Assembly (NCBI GenBank): GCA_964531325.1
Contig: CAZHCW010000018.1
Coordinates: 11,785 to 75,784, forward strand
Reading direction: 5' to 3'
DNA: 64,000 nucleotides
Origin: an uncultured Ignavibacteriaceae bacterium
Lineage (GTDB): Bacteria > Bacteroidota > Ignavibacteria > Ignavibacteriales > Ignavibacteriaceae
Within the stretch, counting starts at the first letter, position 1, and each line of letters opens with the position of its first letter. Below the pieces are notes generated by a model. It was not told where the DNA came from and made no database searches. It saw only the letters and a program-made list of their open reading frames with translations. The position numbers were made by a program, and so were the translations under genes. Positions 28,633-37,582 of this stretch are shown in pieces.

Positions 28633-31293
28633 TTATTTACTCCTGAAAGAAATACCAATTTCAATTTTTCTTGGTTCATAATATCTGCCCGGGTTCTGAA
28701 GTGAAGCTCTGTCGGCAAATGAATTAACTGAATAATCGGGACTTCCCGTATTTGCAAATACAAATCCATTAACAAAATTGGTGTTAAGCACATTTGTCGC
28801 TCTGGCAAATATGCTCAAATTGATAAAGGAGAGCTCAAAATATTTTTCAGCTCTTAAATCAAGCAAAACAAATCCGTCTTTTTGTCCCGAATTGGTTTCA
28901 AGATCTGCGTTGAAACCGGTACCAATAGCAGGAGTATAAGGCATTCCGCTGCCAAATCTCAAAATTGCAGCAATCGTAAAATCGGAAGGCTGGATGTATA
29001 TTGCCGTGAAATTAAGTGTATGCCTCTGATCCCAGCCAAAAGGAACATCACGAGGTCTGGGGTCTTTTCCGGCAGCAGCTCTGTTTGCAGTTTCATACGG
29101 ATCACTTGCGTTTCCTCTCGCCCACTGCATAGTGTAATCCACTGAGGCAGTAATTGGACCAAGTTTTCTCATTTCGAATGCAAGTGTAAAGCCATATACT
29201 GATCCAAAATCGATGTTTGTCATTCTTGGATAATCAGCAGCCGCATAAGTTGAAATGAATTCGGCACCGAGAAGGTCTCTTATATCTTTGTAGAATACAG
29301 TAACTTCGCCACCAAATACTTCGTTGAACGCCTGTTTCAATCCACCTTCATATTGAACGGTGAGCTGTGGTTTCAGATCAGGATTTCCCATCGTTCCGTA
29401 TGAAATTCCACCATCTTGAAGGTCTTTCAAAATTGTGTAATTGGAATTGGAATAAAGGTCTGCCAATCCCGGCATCTGATAAAAATGACCGTATGCGAAA
29501 TAAACTGAAGACATCGCAGTAAGCGGGAAACTGAAACCAAGTCGTGGAGCAATTGCAAATTTTGCGGTGGTTGGTTTCAAAACTGACTGAGGAGCTCCTG
29601 AAATTGAATTTGCAGGATTTGCAGGATCACTTGGCACTTCAGCATGGGCATCATAATATTCAAGTCTTATGCCGCCTCGAACAACAAGATCTCCAAGTTC
29701 AAGCCTGTCCTGAAGATAAAATGCGTATTGTTTTGGAAAATATCTGTCAATTCTTGGATCATTTATCAGGGTTGGTTTATCCTTTGCAACAAGAGTGGCA
29801 ACACCGTCAACAATGGTAGTCTGCAAAAATCCGGGTGACCCAAACTGAATGTCTGAAATCTGTCCCTCAAATCCGGCTTCAACCATGTTGGTTCTGTTGA
29901 GCTGCCAGGTAAAATCACCTTTTGCAATTATACTGTTGGTTTTTTGGATGTATCTGCCAAGATCAACACCCTGGACAATTGCGCCAAGTTCGTAGTTGTT
30001 ATCACTTTTGAACTCACCCGCAGAGATATACCGGGGATCAAAAACCGATTCATACATGTAAGATTTATAATCGAAATAGTTCTGACGAACACTCAATTTA
30101 TAAAACATCGACGATGAGAGGGTGTGTGTAAAATCGAGCCCGTGCGAAATTGATGAAGTGTTGTTTGGCTTGTTACCATCGGGATTGAGGCGCAATCCAT
30201 AATTGTAATAGTAACTCTCAATTGAATTCATTATCGCTTGATAACTGATACTGATGTTATTAAGAGAGGTGTTTGTGAGTTTAAATTGTCCGCTCCACTC
30301 CCTTGTTGTATTCATCGGAACAAGTTCGTTGTCACCAGTTGGATTAAATACTTTCCCTTCGAGGTCATTCCTGTCGGTAGGCAAAAATCTTCTTGTTCCA
30401 TAAAGATATCCGTCGCCGGCATATCTTCTTCCTGAAATGAGGAAGGTAGTCTGTGGAAGATAAGTTGGACCTGAAAGGGTTAACTGATAATTCTGTATTC
30501 CGAGAGGTCGAAGTTTGTCAACATTTGGATAACGATCACTATCAGTTGTATAATAACTTCCACCGTAAAATTCACCCGAGTATTCAAACTTGTCACTTCC
30601 CGTTCTGAGAACTGCGTTTACCACTCCCGACATTGCCTGACCATATTTTGCATCAAAAGTACCGGAGATTACCTGAACTTCCTGCAATACCGACTTGTCA
30701 AGCAACAGAGTTGACGAATTGTTAAACGGGTTGTTTATTGAAACACCATCGACCTGATATTGCACTTCACCAAGCCTGCCTCCTCTAAAGTGACCATCAA
30801 CCACACCTGCTTGAAGGTTTACAATCTGACCCAGATCCTGAACCGGTAAGAGGTCGATTTCCTCTTTCGAAACATTTACCACAGAAGAAGTTTGGTTAAA
30901 CTCGACCAATGGTTTATCGGCTGTTACAATAACTGTTTCAGTTATAAAAGAAGTACTCTGTAGAACTACATCTATTTTAGTTGTCTGGTCGGTAGAGATT
31001 GCGATTGATTCAATCTTCTTCGATTGAAAACCTGTATATCTGAACTCGGCAGAATATGTACCGGCTCTCATATTTAAGACCGCATAATATCCGTCATAAT
31101 CGGTTACTGCCCCTTTATTGGTCCCCTCAATAATAACGGTGGCACCTATAAGCGGCTGACCATTCTCATCGGTAACTCTGCCTGCCATCTTTCCGGCTGT
31201 TTGTGACATTACCTCCGATGAGAGCAGAACCATAAAGAAAAATAAAAAGATTATAACCGGAATCTTTTGAAAATTGTAACCGGTTTTTTTCAT
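28633..31293 (-). CDS. TonB-dependent receptor with N-terminal carboxypeptidase-regulatory-like domain
   Basis: 886 aa. GRVTDENGQPLIGATVIIEGTNKGAVTDYDGYY (CarboxypepD_reg), a plug region (DLGQIVNLQAGV), a long beta-barrel, and a C-terminal ...IEIGISFRSK. Confidence 0.88.
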   Translation of the reverse strand: MKKTGYNFQKIPVIIFLFFFMVLLSSEVMSQTAGKMAGRVTDENGQPLIGATVIIEGTNKGAVTDYDGYYAVLNMRAGTYSAEFRYTGFQSKKIESIAISTDQTTKIDVVLQSTSFITETVIVTADKPLVEFNQTSSVVNVSKEEIDLLPVQDLGQIVNLQAGVVDGHFRGGRLGEVQYQVDGVSINNPFNNSSTLLLDKSVLQEVQVISGTFDAKYGQAMSGVVNAVLRTGSDKFEYSGEFYGGSYYTTDSDRYPNVDKLRPLGIQNYQLTLSGPTYLPQTTFLISGRRYAGDGYLYGTRRFLPTDRNDLEGKVFNPTGDNELVPMNTTREWSGQFKLTNTSLNNISISYQAIMNSIESYYYNYGLRLNPDGNKPNNTSSISHGLDFTHTLSSSMFYKLSVRQNYFDYKSYMYESVFDPRYISAGEFKSDNNYELGAIVQGVDLGRYIQKTNSIIAKGDFTWQLNRTNMVEAGFEGQISDIQFGSPGFLQTTIVDGVATLVAKDKPTLINDPRIDRYFPKQYAFYLQDRLELGDLVVRGGIRLEYYDAHAEVPSDPANPANSISGAPQSVLKPTTAKFAIAPRLGFSFPLTAMSSVYFAYGHFYQMPGLADLYSNSNYTILKDLQDGGISYGTMGNPDLKPQLTVQYEGGLKQAFNEVFGGEVTVFYKDIRDLLGAEFISTYAAADYPRMTNIDFGSVYGFTLAFEMRKLGPITASVDYTMQWARGNASDPYETANRAAAGKDPRPRDVPFGWDQRHTLNFTAIYIQPSDFTIAAILRFGSGMPYTPAIGTGFNADLETNSGQKDGFVLLDLRAEKYFELSFINLSIFARATNVLNTNFVNGFVFANTGSPDYSVNSFADRASLQNPGRYYEPRKIEIGISFRSK

Positions 31294-31392
31294 GCTTACT
31301 CCAGTATGTATGTTGTTTGGAGAATATTAATTGTGACGAGTGAAATTTTGCCCGACTGATATAATCCACCGGGAACAGTTTCCATTAAATTA

Positions 31393-31423
31393 ATGACGAG
31401 TGACATTCAATTGTCACCCGTCA
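31393..31423. promoter_or_regulatory. 12-bp-arm inverted repeat between the CBM9-like gene and the TonB-dependent receptor gene
   Basis: TGACGAGTGACA-ttcaat-TGTCACCCGTCA has one mismatch. No U-run follows on the minus strand, so an operator or RNA structure is more likely than a terminator. Confidence 0.3.
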
Positions 31424-31445
31424 TCAACAAATCGTCACAAATAGA

Positions 31446-33332
31446 TTATTTCATCAATATCATTTTGCCTGTGGCTGAAGAAACAGCACCATCAAAGGCA
31501 TTTTTTAATGAAATTTTATAAAGATAAATGCCGGAAGTTAATCCTGAAGCATCAAAATTTACCTCTTGTGCACCGGCAACAGCATATACAACTTTTGTTG
31601 TAACAAGCTGACCCAATGTATTGTAAACTGCAACTTCAACCTGACCTGTTTGCGGAATAGCAAATTTGATCTTTGTTGAAGGATTAAATGGATTTGGGAA
31701 GTTACCATATAACTCAATTGAAGAAGGAAGAGTCGTGAGTTCATCTTCAACGCCTGTAACTCCGTCATTGCTCAAATATACCCATGCAAGTGCAGGACCG
31801 CCGCCATGCTCTCTCATAAACCATGTTCTGGTTCCATAATTAAGAGCAGGATCGGTGAATGAGTCGCCATCATACTGAACTGTCCCAAAGAAAAGATTCC
31901 TGTCACCAAGATCGGCGGGATAGCCGAGGATCGTGGTTAACTGGATTTTACCTTCAATTACATAACCTTCATCAACATCGTTGTTGTTGTTAATTGTTGA
32001 AGCTCCTTTTAAGGTAAAAGCATATGCTGACTGTGATGAATCGAGCAATGTCTGCATATAATCACCGGGTTTTAGTGCTCCGGTTGAATCAAACGAAAGT
32101 CTGAGCATCCTTGCCTCGAGGGCGTTGTCTGATGCACGAGAATCACGATCCATAACGATTATTGCCAGACCGTCAACTGCATCAAACAATGAAGTTCCTT
32201 GTATCAACTGATCGTTAAAATCAGCACCAAAATAAAGGAATCCGTCTCTGTGGAAATATTTAACTTTTACATATCCCGGATCAACAACAGGTGGTCTAAC
32301 GCCGGGTGTTATATCAGGCTGATACTGACCACTTTGGTAAGGTCCAATTCCGGGGTATGCTGCACGGCCAACTGTGTCATCCCAAGCGATAACAAGATCT
32401 TGTGCACCTGACCAAACTTCTTCATCCAATACACCATCTATTACAGGAGCGGGTTTGTTTGCACCGTTGTAAAAAGTGTATTCAACCGGTGCAAGAGGTG
32501 GGTTGGTTGTGTTGACGGTTACATCAGGTCGGGCATAGATTCTTGCTGCGTTTGCTCCATTTGCATTACCCCAAGGGTATTGAAAATATGCTCTTGCAGT
32601 GCTGATCCTCGATGGAGTGGTTCCGTGAACCCAGTCACAATCCCAAATTGAGAAGTTTAATTGCACTACATCACCCGAAGCCTGGGTTATGTTATATCCT
32701 AATTGAGAAACATCAATTCTCATTTCAACTTCCCATGCCTGGTCAGGACTTGAATCATCGCATGACACTCCGCCAACGGTTCTATAACCGGCATCCCAGG
32801 CGGCTCTCTGCTCGGGAGTTCTGGTTGTATCATTAAAATTACCAAATCTTCCGATAAAACGGGGAGGGGTTCCCGGCTGAATATACTGTGGAACATTAAG
32901 GTACCACCAGGTATAGAAGAATTCAACGGCAGGTAATGGTCTGTTTGGACTTGCCTTATCTCTGATGTTCATCAGGATTCCATCCCATCTTGCCCAGTCA
33001 GCTATTCCACCAACTGAAGAATCGGGCATTCTGAACCCAAGATAAAGATAATTGTCTTTTACGAGAAACTTTACTGTTGCTCGAATTGGATCAAAAATCG
33101 CATTCTCGTTAAATTCAGGTCCCCATCCACTTGTTGGGAGAGCACCCGGCTGACCATATATTACTTGAACCGAGTCGGCTAATGCCCAGTCGGCTTCATT
33201 CATATTACCATCAAGGGTAATAGTGCCTAAAGCATTTTTTGCCCATAGTGCATCCTCGCGGACAACATTCTGAGCGAATGATAAGTTAACTGCAAAAAGA
33301 AGAATGAACAAGGTTGATAACACTCGTATCAT
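31446..33332 (-). CDS. Secreted CBM9/DOMON-like carbohydrate-binding protein with T9SS C-terminal sorting domain
   Basis: 628 aa with a signal peptide. Two xDGxxxExxW modules (LDGNMNEADWALADSVQV and IDGVLDEEVWSGAQDL). The C-terminus is LYGNFPNPFNPSTKIKFAIP...GIYLYKISL...GKMILMK. Confidence 0.7.
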   Translation of the reverse strand: MIRVLSTLFILLFAVNLSFAQNVVREDALWAKNALGTITLDGNMNEADWALADSVQVIYGQPGALPTSGWGPEFNENAIFDPIRATVKFLVKDNYLYLGFRMPDSSVGGIADWARWDGILMNIRDKASPNRPLPAVEFFYTWWYLNVPQYIQPGTPPRFIGRFGNFNDTTRTPEQRAAWDAGYRTVGGVSCDDSSPDQAWEVEMRIDVSQLGYNITQASGDVVQLNFSIWDCDWVHGTTPSRISTARAYFQYPWGNANGANAARIYARPDVTVNTTNPPLAPVEYTFYNGANKPAPVIDGVLDEEVWSGAQDLVIAWDDTVGRAAYPGIGPYQSGQYQPDITPGVRPPVVDPGYVKVKYFHRDGFLYFGADFNDQLIQGTSLFDAVDGLAIIVMDRDSRASDNALEARMLRLSFDSTGALKPGDYMQTLLDSSQSAYAFTLKGASTINNNNDVDEGYVIEGKIQLTTILGYPADLGDRNLFFGTVQYDGDSFTDPALNYGTRTWFMREHGGGPALAWVYLSNDGVTGVEDELTTLPSSIELYGNFPNPFNPSTKIKFAIPQTGQVEVAVYNTLGQLVTTKVVYAVAGAQEVNFDASGLTSGIYLYKISLKNAFDGAVSSATGKMILMK

Positions 33333-33381
33333 CTTTTCCTCCCGTGGATTAATGATTGATTTATTGATTTAGAAAATTTAT

Positions 33382-34416
33382 TTAAAACAAAGGTGATGGA
33401 TTCTGCACATAACAGCCACAAGACCCGCCAATTATCAATCCTGTTGACAATTTTTCGTGATAGGCATCATGTGGATTTACTTCACCACCAATTACTTTCA
33501 GTAGATACCTCACCGCTTTGCTCCCAAGTTCTTCTATCGGTGCATGAACGGTGGTTAATCTGGGTGATAACAGCCTGCTTAGGTAGATATCATCAAATCC
33601 TGTAACAGCAATGTCGTCAGGAATTTTTACTCTCATCACCTTTGCGGCCTCATAGATTCCCAGAGCCATCATGTCGTTGGCAGCAAAAACCGCTCTTGGT
33701 TTATCAGCAAGGGTCATTAGTCTCAAAAAACCGTAATACCCGGAACGGACGCTAAAATCACCACTTACTTCCCATCCGGGGTTTCTCTCAAGTCCGTGTT
33801 TTGCAAGTGAATCGCAGTATCCGAGATATCGCTCCTCCGCATCACAGTTGTCTTTGGGCCCCTTCAGAATGGCAATTTTTGTATAACCATGTTCTATCAA
33901 ATGGTCAACATTTGCCACTGTCCCCTGATAATTATCGATGCTGATGCTAATTGCTTTATCTATATCGTTTAATGAATTAATGAGCACAACAGGTCTTTTG
34001 CTTTTACCAATTATTTCCGGTACTTCTTTGTGAATTTGAGGTGCCATCATAATCACTCCATCAACCCTGCCACTTGACATGAAATCGATCAAAGTTTCAA
34101 CTGCATTTCTTTGGCTGTGAGAACTCGCCACAATTATAAATTTATTCCATCTATACGCTTCTTCATCAATACCATGAATGATGTCAGTAAAAAATTCACC
34201 ACTTAAATCAGGGAGTATTACTCCTATGGTATCAGTCATGTTTGTTGAAAGTCCTCTTGCAAGTGGACTCGGTTTATAGTCGATCTCATCAGCGATTCGT
34301 AATATTTTATTTTTGGTCTCATCTTTAATCGATCTGCTGTTGTTAAAGGCACGCGACACTGTCGCAATAGAAACCCCGGCAAGTTTTGCCAGCTCGTGAA
34401 TGTTTTTTCGTGTCAT
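33382..34416 (-). CDS. LacI-family transcriptional regulator
   Basis: N-terminal HTH IHELAKLAGVSIATVSRAFNN followed by a periplasmic-binding-protein-like sugar-binding core. Confidence 0.92.
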   Translation of the reverse strand: MTRKNIHELAKLAGVSIATVSRAFNNSRSIKDETKNKILRIADEIDYKPSPLARGLSTNMTDTIGVILPDLSGEFFTDIIHGIDEEAYRWNKFIIVASSHSQRNAVETLIDFMSSGRVDGVIMMAPQIHKEVPEIIGKSKRPVVLINSLNDIDKAISISIDNYQGTVANVDHLIEHGYTKIAILKGPKDNCDAEERYLGYCDSLAKHGLERNPGWEVSGDFSVRSGYYGFLRLMTLADKPRAVFAANDMMALGIYEAAKVMRVKIPDDIAVTGFDDIYLSRLLSPRLTTVHAPIEELGSKAVRYLLKVIGGEVNPHDAYHEKLSTGLIIGGSCGCYVQNPSPLF

Positions 34417-34497
34417 TTCAGTTTGTCATATAATCTGTAAAATGGAATTAAAACTCAGTTTTTATTCCTCTGACTTTCAATTTTATAATAAAAGCCC

Positions 34498-35307
34498 CTA
34501 TTCCTTCACACTCCCCATCATTATCCCTTTTATGTAATACTTTTGCAAAACGAGGAAAAGCAGCATAACGGGAAGGATTGTAATAACACTCCCTGCCATC
34601 ATCAGTTCGGGATCTTTTGTGTGTTCACCCATCAGATTTGCCAGTGCCACAGGCAGAGTGTACATACTGCTGTCATTTAATACGATAAGGGGCCAAAGGA
34701 AGTCGTTCCATGTCCCCATAAAAGTAAAAATTGCCAATGTTACCATCACAGGCATCGCCAAAGGTACAATTATCTTGTAATAAATCTGAAAATCGGTTGC
34801 ACCATCAATTCTTGCAGACTCGATCAAACTGTCAGGAATTGCCATAACATACTGTCTTATGAGAAATATCCCAAAAACATTTGCCAACCCCGGTACCAAA
34901 ATTGCCATGTATGTATTCAAAAAGCCAAATTCTTTTAACATCAAAAACAACGGTAACATCGTAACCTGCGATGGAATCACCATTGAGCTAAGGAGCATTT
35001 TGAATATGGTATCTTTACCCCTGAATCTGTATTTTGCAAAAGCAAATCCAGCCATCGAGTTAAATATCAAAGAAACAACTGTAACCATAGTTGAAATTAA
35101 TACACTGTTTATCAGGTTTCTTGATACATCCAACCTCGAAAAAAGTGTTTCATACTGCACAAAAGTAAATTCATCCGGAAAAAACCTTGGTGGAAAAACC
35201 GAGGCGTGTCCGTCCAACATAAATGATGCCGATAACATCCAGATAAATGGTGCAAGGGTTAAAAATCCTGTGAAAATAAGGAAGCCATATAAAAAATATT
35301 TCCTCAT
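34498..35307 (-). CDS. Carbohydrate ABC transporter permease (MalG-like)
   Basis: 269 aa with six transmembrane segments and the EAA loop ESARIDGATDFQIYYKIIVPL. Confidence 0.92.
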   Translation of the reverse strand: MRKYFLYGFLIFTGFLTLAPFIWMLSASFMLDGHASVFPPRFFPDEFTFVQYETLFSRLDVSRNLINSVLISTMVTVVSLIFNSMAGFAFAKYRFRGKDTIFKMLLSSMVIPSQVTMLPLFLMLKEFGFLNTYMAILVPGLANVFGIFLIRQYVMAIPDSLIESARIDGATDFQIYYKIIVPLAMPVMVTLAIFTFMGTWNDFLWPLIVLNDSSMYTLPVALANLMGEHTKDPELMMAGSVITILPVMLLFLVLQKYYIKGIMMGSVKE

Positions 35308-36180
35308 TTATGCCTCCCGCCTCTTCTGTACCCACATCTGTACAAGTGTTCCCGCAAGTATAATCACAAAAAGTACAAACGCAATGGCTGATGAATATCC
35401 CATATTCCACCAACGGAAACCCTCTTGATACATGTAGAGAACAATACTGAGTGTACTGTCCAACGGACCCCCCTGCGTCATAATATAAGGTTCAGCAAAC
35501 AACTGAAAATAACCAATCATGGTTATGATTGTAATAAACACTGTTGTTGGTGCCAACATCGGAAGTGTTATTTTCGTAAATCTCTGCCAGCCATTAGCCC
35601 CTTCAATTTGTGCAGCTTCATACAGTTCCTCAGGAATATTCTGGAGTCCGGCAATAAAGATTATCATGTTATAACCAAAATTTTTCCATATCGATAAAAT
35701 TATAATCGATGGCATCGACCAAAATGGATCACCCAGCCAGTCAATTTTTTCGACTCCCACAAAACTTAAACCATAATTCAACAAACCAAATTCGGGATGA
35801 TAAATAAACCGCCAAACAATTGAAACAGCAACCAGAGTTGTAACAACAGGCATAAAATATACTAATCGAAAAATCCCCTTAAACTTTACAAGTTTTGAAC
35901 TGAGAATCATCGCTGCACCAAGTGAAACAGCAATCGAGAGTGGTCCCGAAATAATCACAAAATAGAAAGTATTTGTAAGAGCTTTCCAAAACAACCGGTT
36001 ATCAAACAGCTTAAAATAATTATCCAAACCTGTAAATCTGAATTTGCTGTAATCCCCAATGGCATAGATATCAAAATCAGTAAAACTGATTACGAATGCA
36101 CTTATTACGGGGATAAAGAAAAAAACAAATATCGCCGTAAGTGCCGGTGCCAAAAAGAAATATACAGGTTTAAATTTCAT
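35308..36180 (-). CDS. Carbohydrate ABC transporter permease (MalF-like)
   Basis: 290 aa with the EAA loop EAAQIEGANGWQRFTKITLPML. It abuts the downstream permease gene with no gap. Confidence 0.92.
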   Translation of the reverse strand: MKFKPVYFFLAPALTAIFVFFFIPVISAFVISFTDFDIYAIGDYSKFRFTGLDNYFKLFDNRLFWKALTNTFYFVIISGPLSIAVSLGAAMILSSKLVKFKGIFRLVYFMPVVTTLVAVSIVWRFIYHPEFGLLNYGLSFVGVEKIDWLGDPFWSMPSIIILSIWKNFGYNMIIFIAGLQNIPEELYEAAQIEGANGWQRFTKITLPMLAPTTVFITIITMIGYFQLFAEPYIMTQGGPLDSTLSIVLYMYQEGFRWWNMGYSSAIAFVLFVIILAGTLVQMWVQKRREA

Positions 36181-36250
36181 CTTTTATCTATTAATTGAAA
36201 AAATACTCAATACTTAATCGAAACTCCCAACTGCCGCAAAACCAAAATAA

Positions 36251-36285
36251 TACCTAATACTTAATACCTAATACCTAATACCTTG
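36251..36285. repeat. Heptamer tandem repeat (TACCTAA/TACTTAA)x5 spanning the binding-protein gene stop
   Basis: tacctaa tacttaa tacctaa tacctaa taccttg. Degenerate tactcaa and tacttaa units also occur at 36204-36217. Confidence 0.85.
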
Positions 36286-37582
36286 ATAACATCCACCTTC
36301 TCTTCTCAAGTATTATATCCACCCCTTTGTCCATCTCTTTCATGGCTTCTTCCACAGTCAAGGTTCCGCGCGCTGAATATTCTGCATATTGCTGAAGTTT
36401 TGAAAAAACTATCTGTTCCCACTCTGCAATTTTTGGAGTTGGCATCACAAACTGAAACTGATCGTAAAAAGCTTTTATAAAAGGATCATCCCTGAAAATT
36501 GGTTCATCCCATGCAGAACGGAGTGCCGGAAGATTGTTGGTCACTTTGTAAAATTCGAGCTGGGTTTTCTTTGTTGATAAAAATTCAATAAACTTCCATA
36601 CTTCCGGCTTAAGCTTTGAACTTTTAAACATCACAAGACTTGATCCTCCGGCGAGACTCACACCCGGTGAACTGTGCTTTCCGGGAATTGGCATCGTCCC
36701 CCACTTTTCTCCGGTTGAATCTTTCATCCATTTTTTGAATTCCGGGATGTTCCATGGACCCGAGATATACATCGCAAAAAATTCCTGCTCAAATGCCTGA
36801 TATACATTGGTGACCTGCGAAACTCCCATCGGGGTTAATCGCTCTTTATGAAATTGTATCACATATTTAAATGCCTCAACAAATTCAGGAGCACTGAAAT
36901 TTCCATAAGTCCAGTTTGCCCTCAAAATATCAGATCCGTTTTGTAATCCAAAAATTATAAAAGGAGCCCATTCATTTGTTGGAAGATAAATGGCATATTT
37001 GTTGGGATCGTTTTGATATTTTACGATCTTTCGGGAGAGATCAAGCAACTCTTCCCAGTTTTTGGGTGGTTCATCGTAACCGACTTTTTTGAAAATATCT
37101 TTTCTATAATAAATCAGTCTTGTATCGATATACCACGGAATTCCGTAAATTTTCCCCGTCACTTCATTTGTCTGCCAGATACCGGTAAAATAATTTTCCG
37201 GTTTTATTGTTTTGCTTTTTGAAATAAATCCGTCAAGCGGTTCAAGAGCTTCAAGCATCACAAACTGTGGCACCCAGGTGTTACCCAACTGGCAAAGATC
37301 CGGCATATTGTCAGCTGCAAAAGAGGAAATTAATTTTTCTTGAGCCGCCGTCCAGGGAATCATTTGAACTTTAACTTTAATACCCGGATTCTGTTTTTCA
37401 AATTCGGGTATCAAAAGTTTAATTTTTTCTCCCTCTGATCCCATTCCCCAAAATGAAATTTCTTTAACGGTACTCTCTTCTTTATTACAACCTGTAAATA
37501 CCAAAAAAAGTGGAAGCAAGACGAGTCCTCCCGTCAAAACCAATCGAATAATAAGGCCACCTTGCTTCCCGGAACTACTCAT
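36275..37582 (-). CDS. ABC transporter sugar-binding lipoprotein (family 1 solute-binding protein)
   Basis: 435 aa with lipobox LVFTGC. Typical extracellular solute-binding-protein fold motifs. Its ATG overlaps the upstream TGA (ATGA). Confidence 0.9.
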   Translation of the reverse strand: MSSSGKQGGLIIRLVLTGGLVLLPLFLVFTGCNKEESTVKEISFWGMGSEGEKIKLLIPEFEKQNPGIKVKVQMIPWTAAQEKLISSFAADNMPDLCQLGNTWVPQFVMLEALEPLDGFISKSKTIKPENYFTGIWQTNEVTGKIYGIPWYIDTRLIYYRKDIFKKVGYDEPPKNWEELLDLSRKIVKYQNDPNKYAIYLPTNEWAPFIIFGLQNGSDILRANWTYGNFSAPEFVEAFKYVIQFHKERLTPMGVSQVTNVYQAFEQEFFAMYISGPWNIPEFKKWMKDSTGEKWGTMPIPGKHSSPGVSLAGGSSLVMFKSSKLKPEVWKFIEFLSTKKTQLEFYKVTNNLPALRSAWDEPIFRDDPFIKAFYDQFQFVMPTPKIAEWEQIVFSKLQQYAEYSARGTLTVEEAMKEMDKGVDIILEKRRWMLSRY

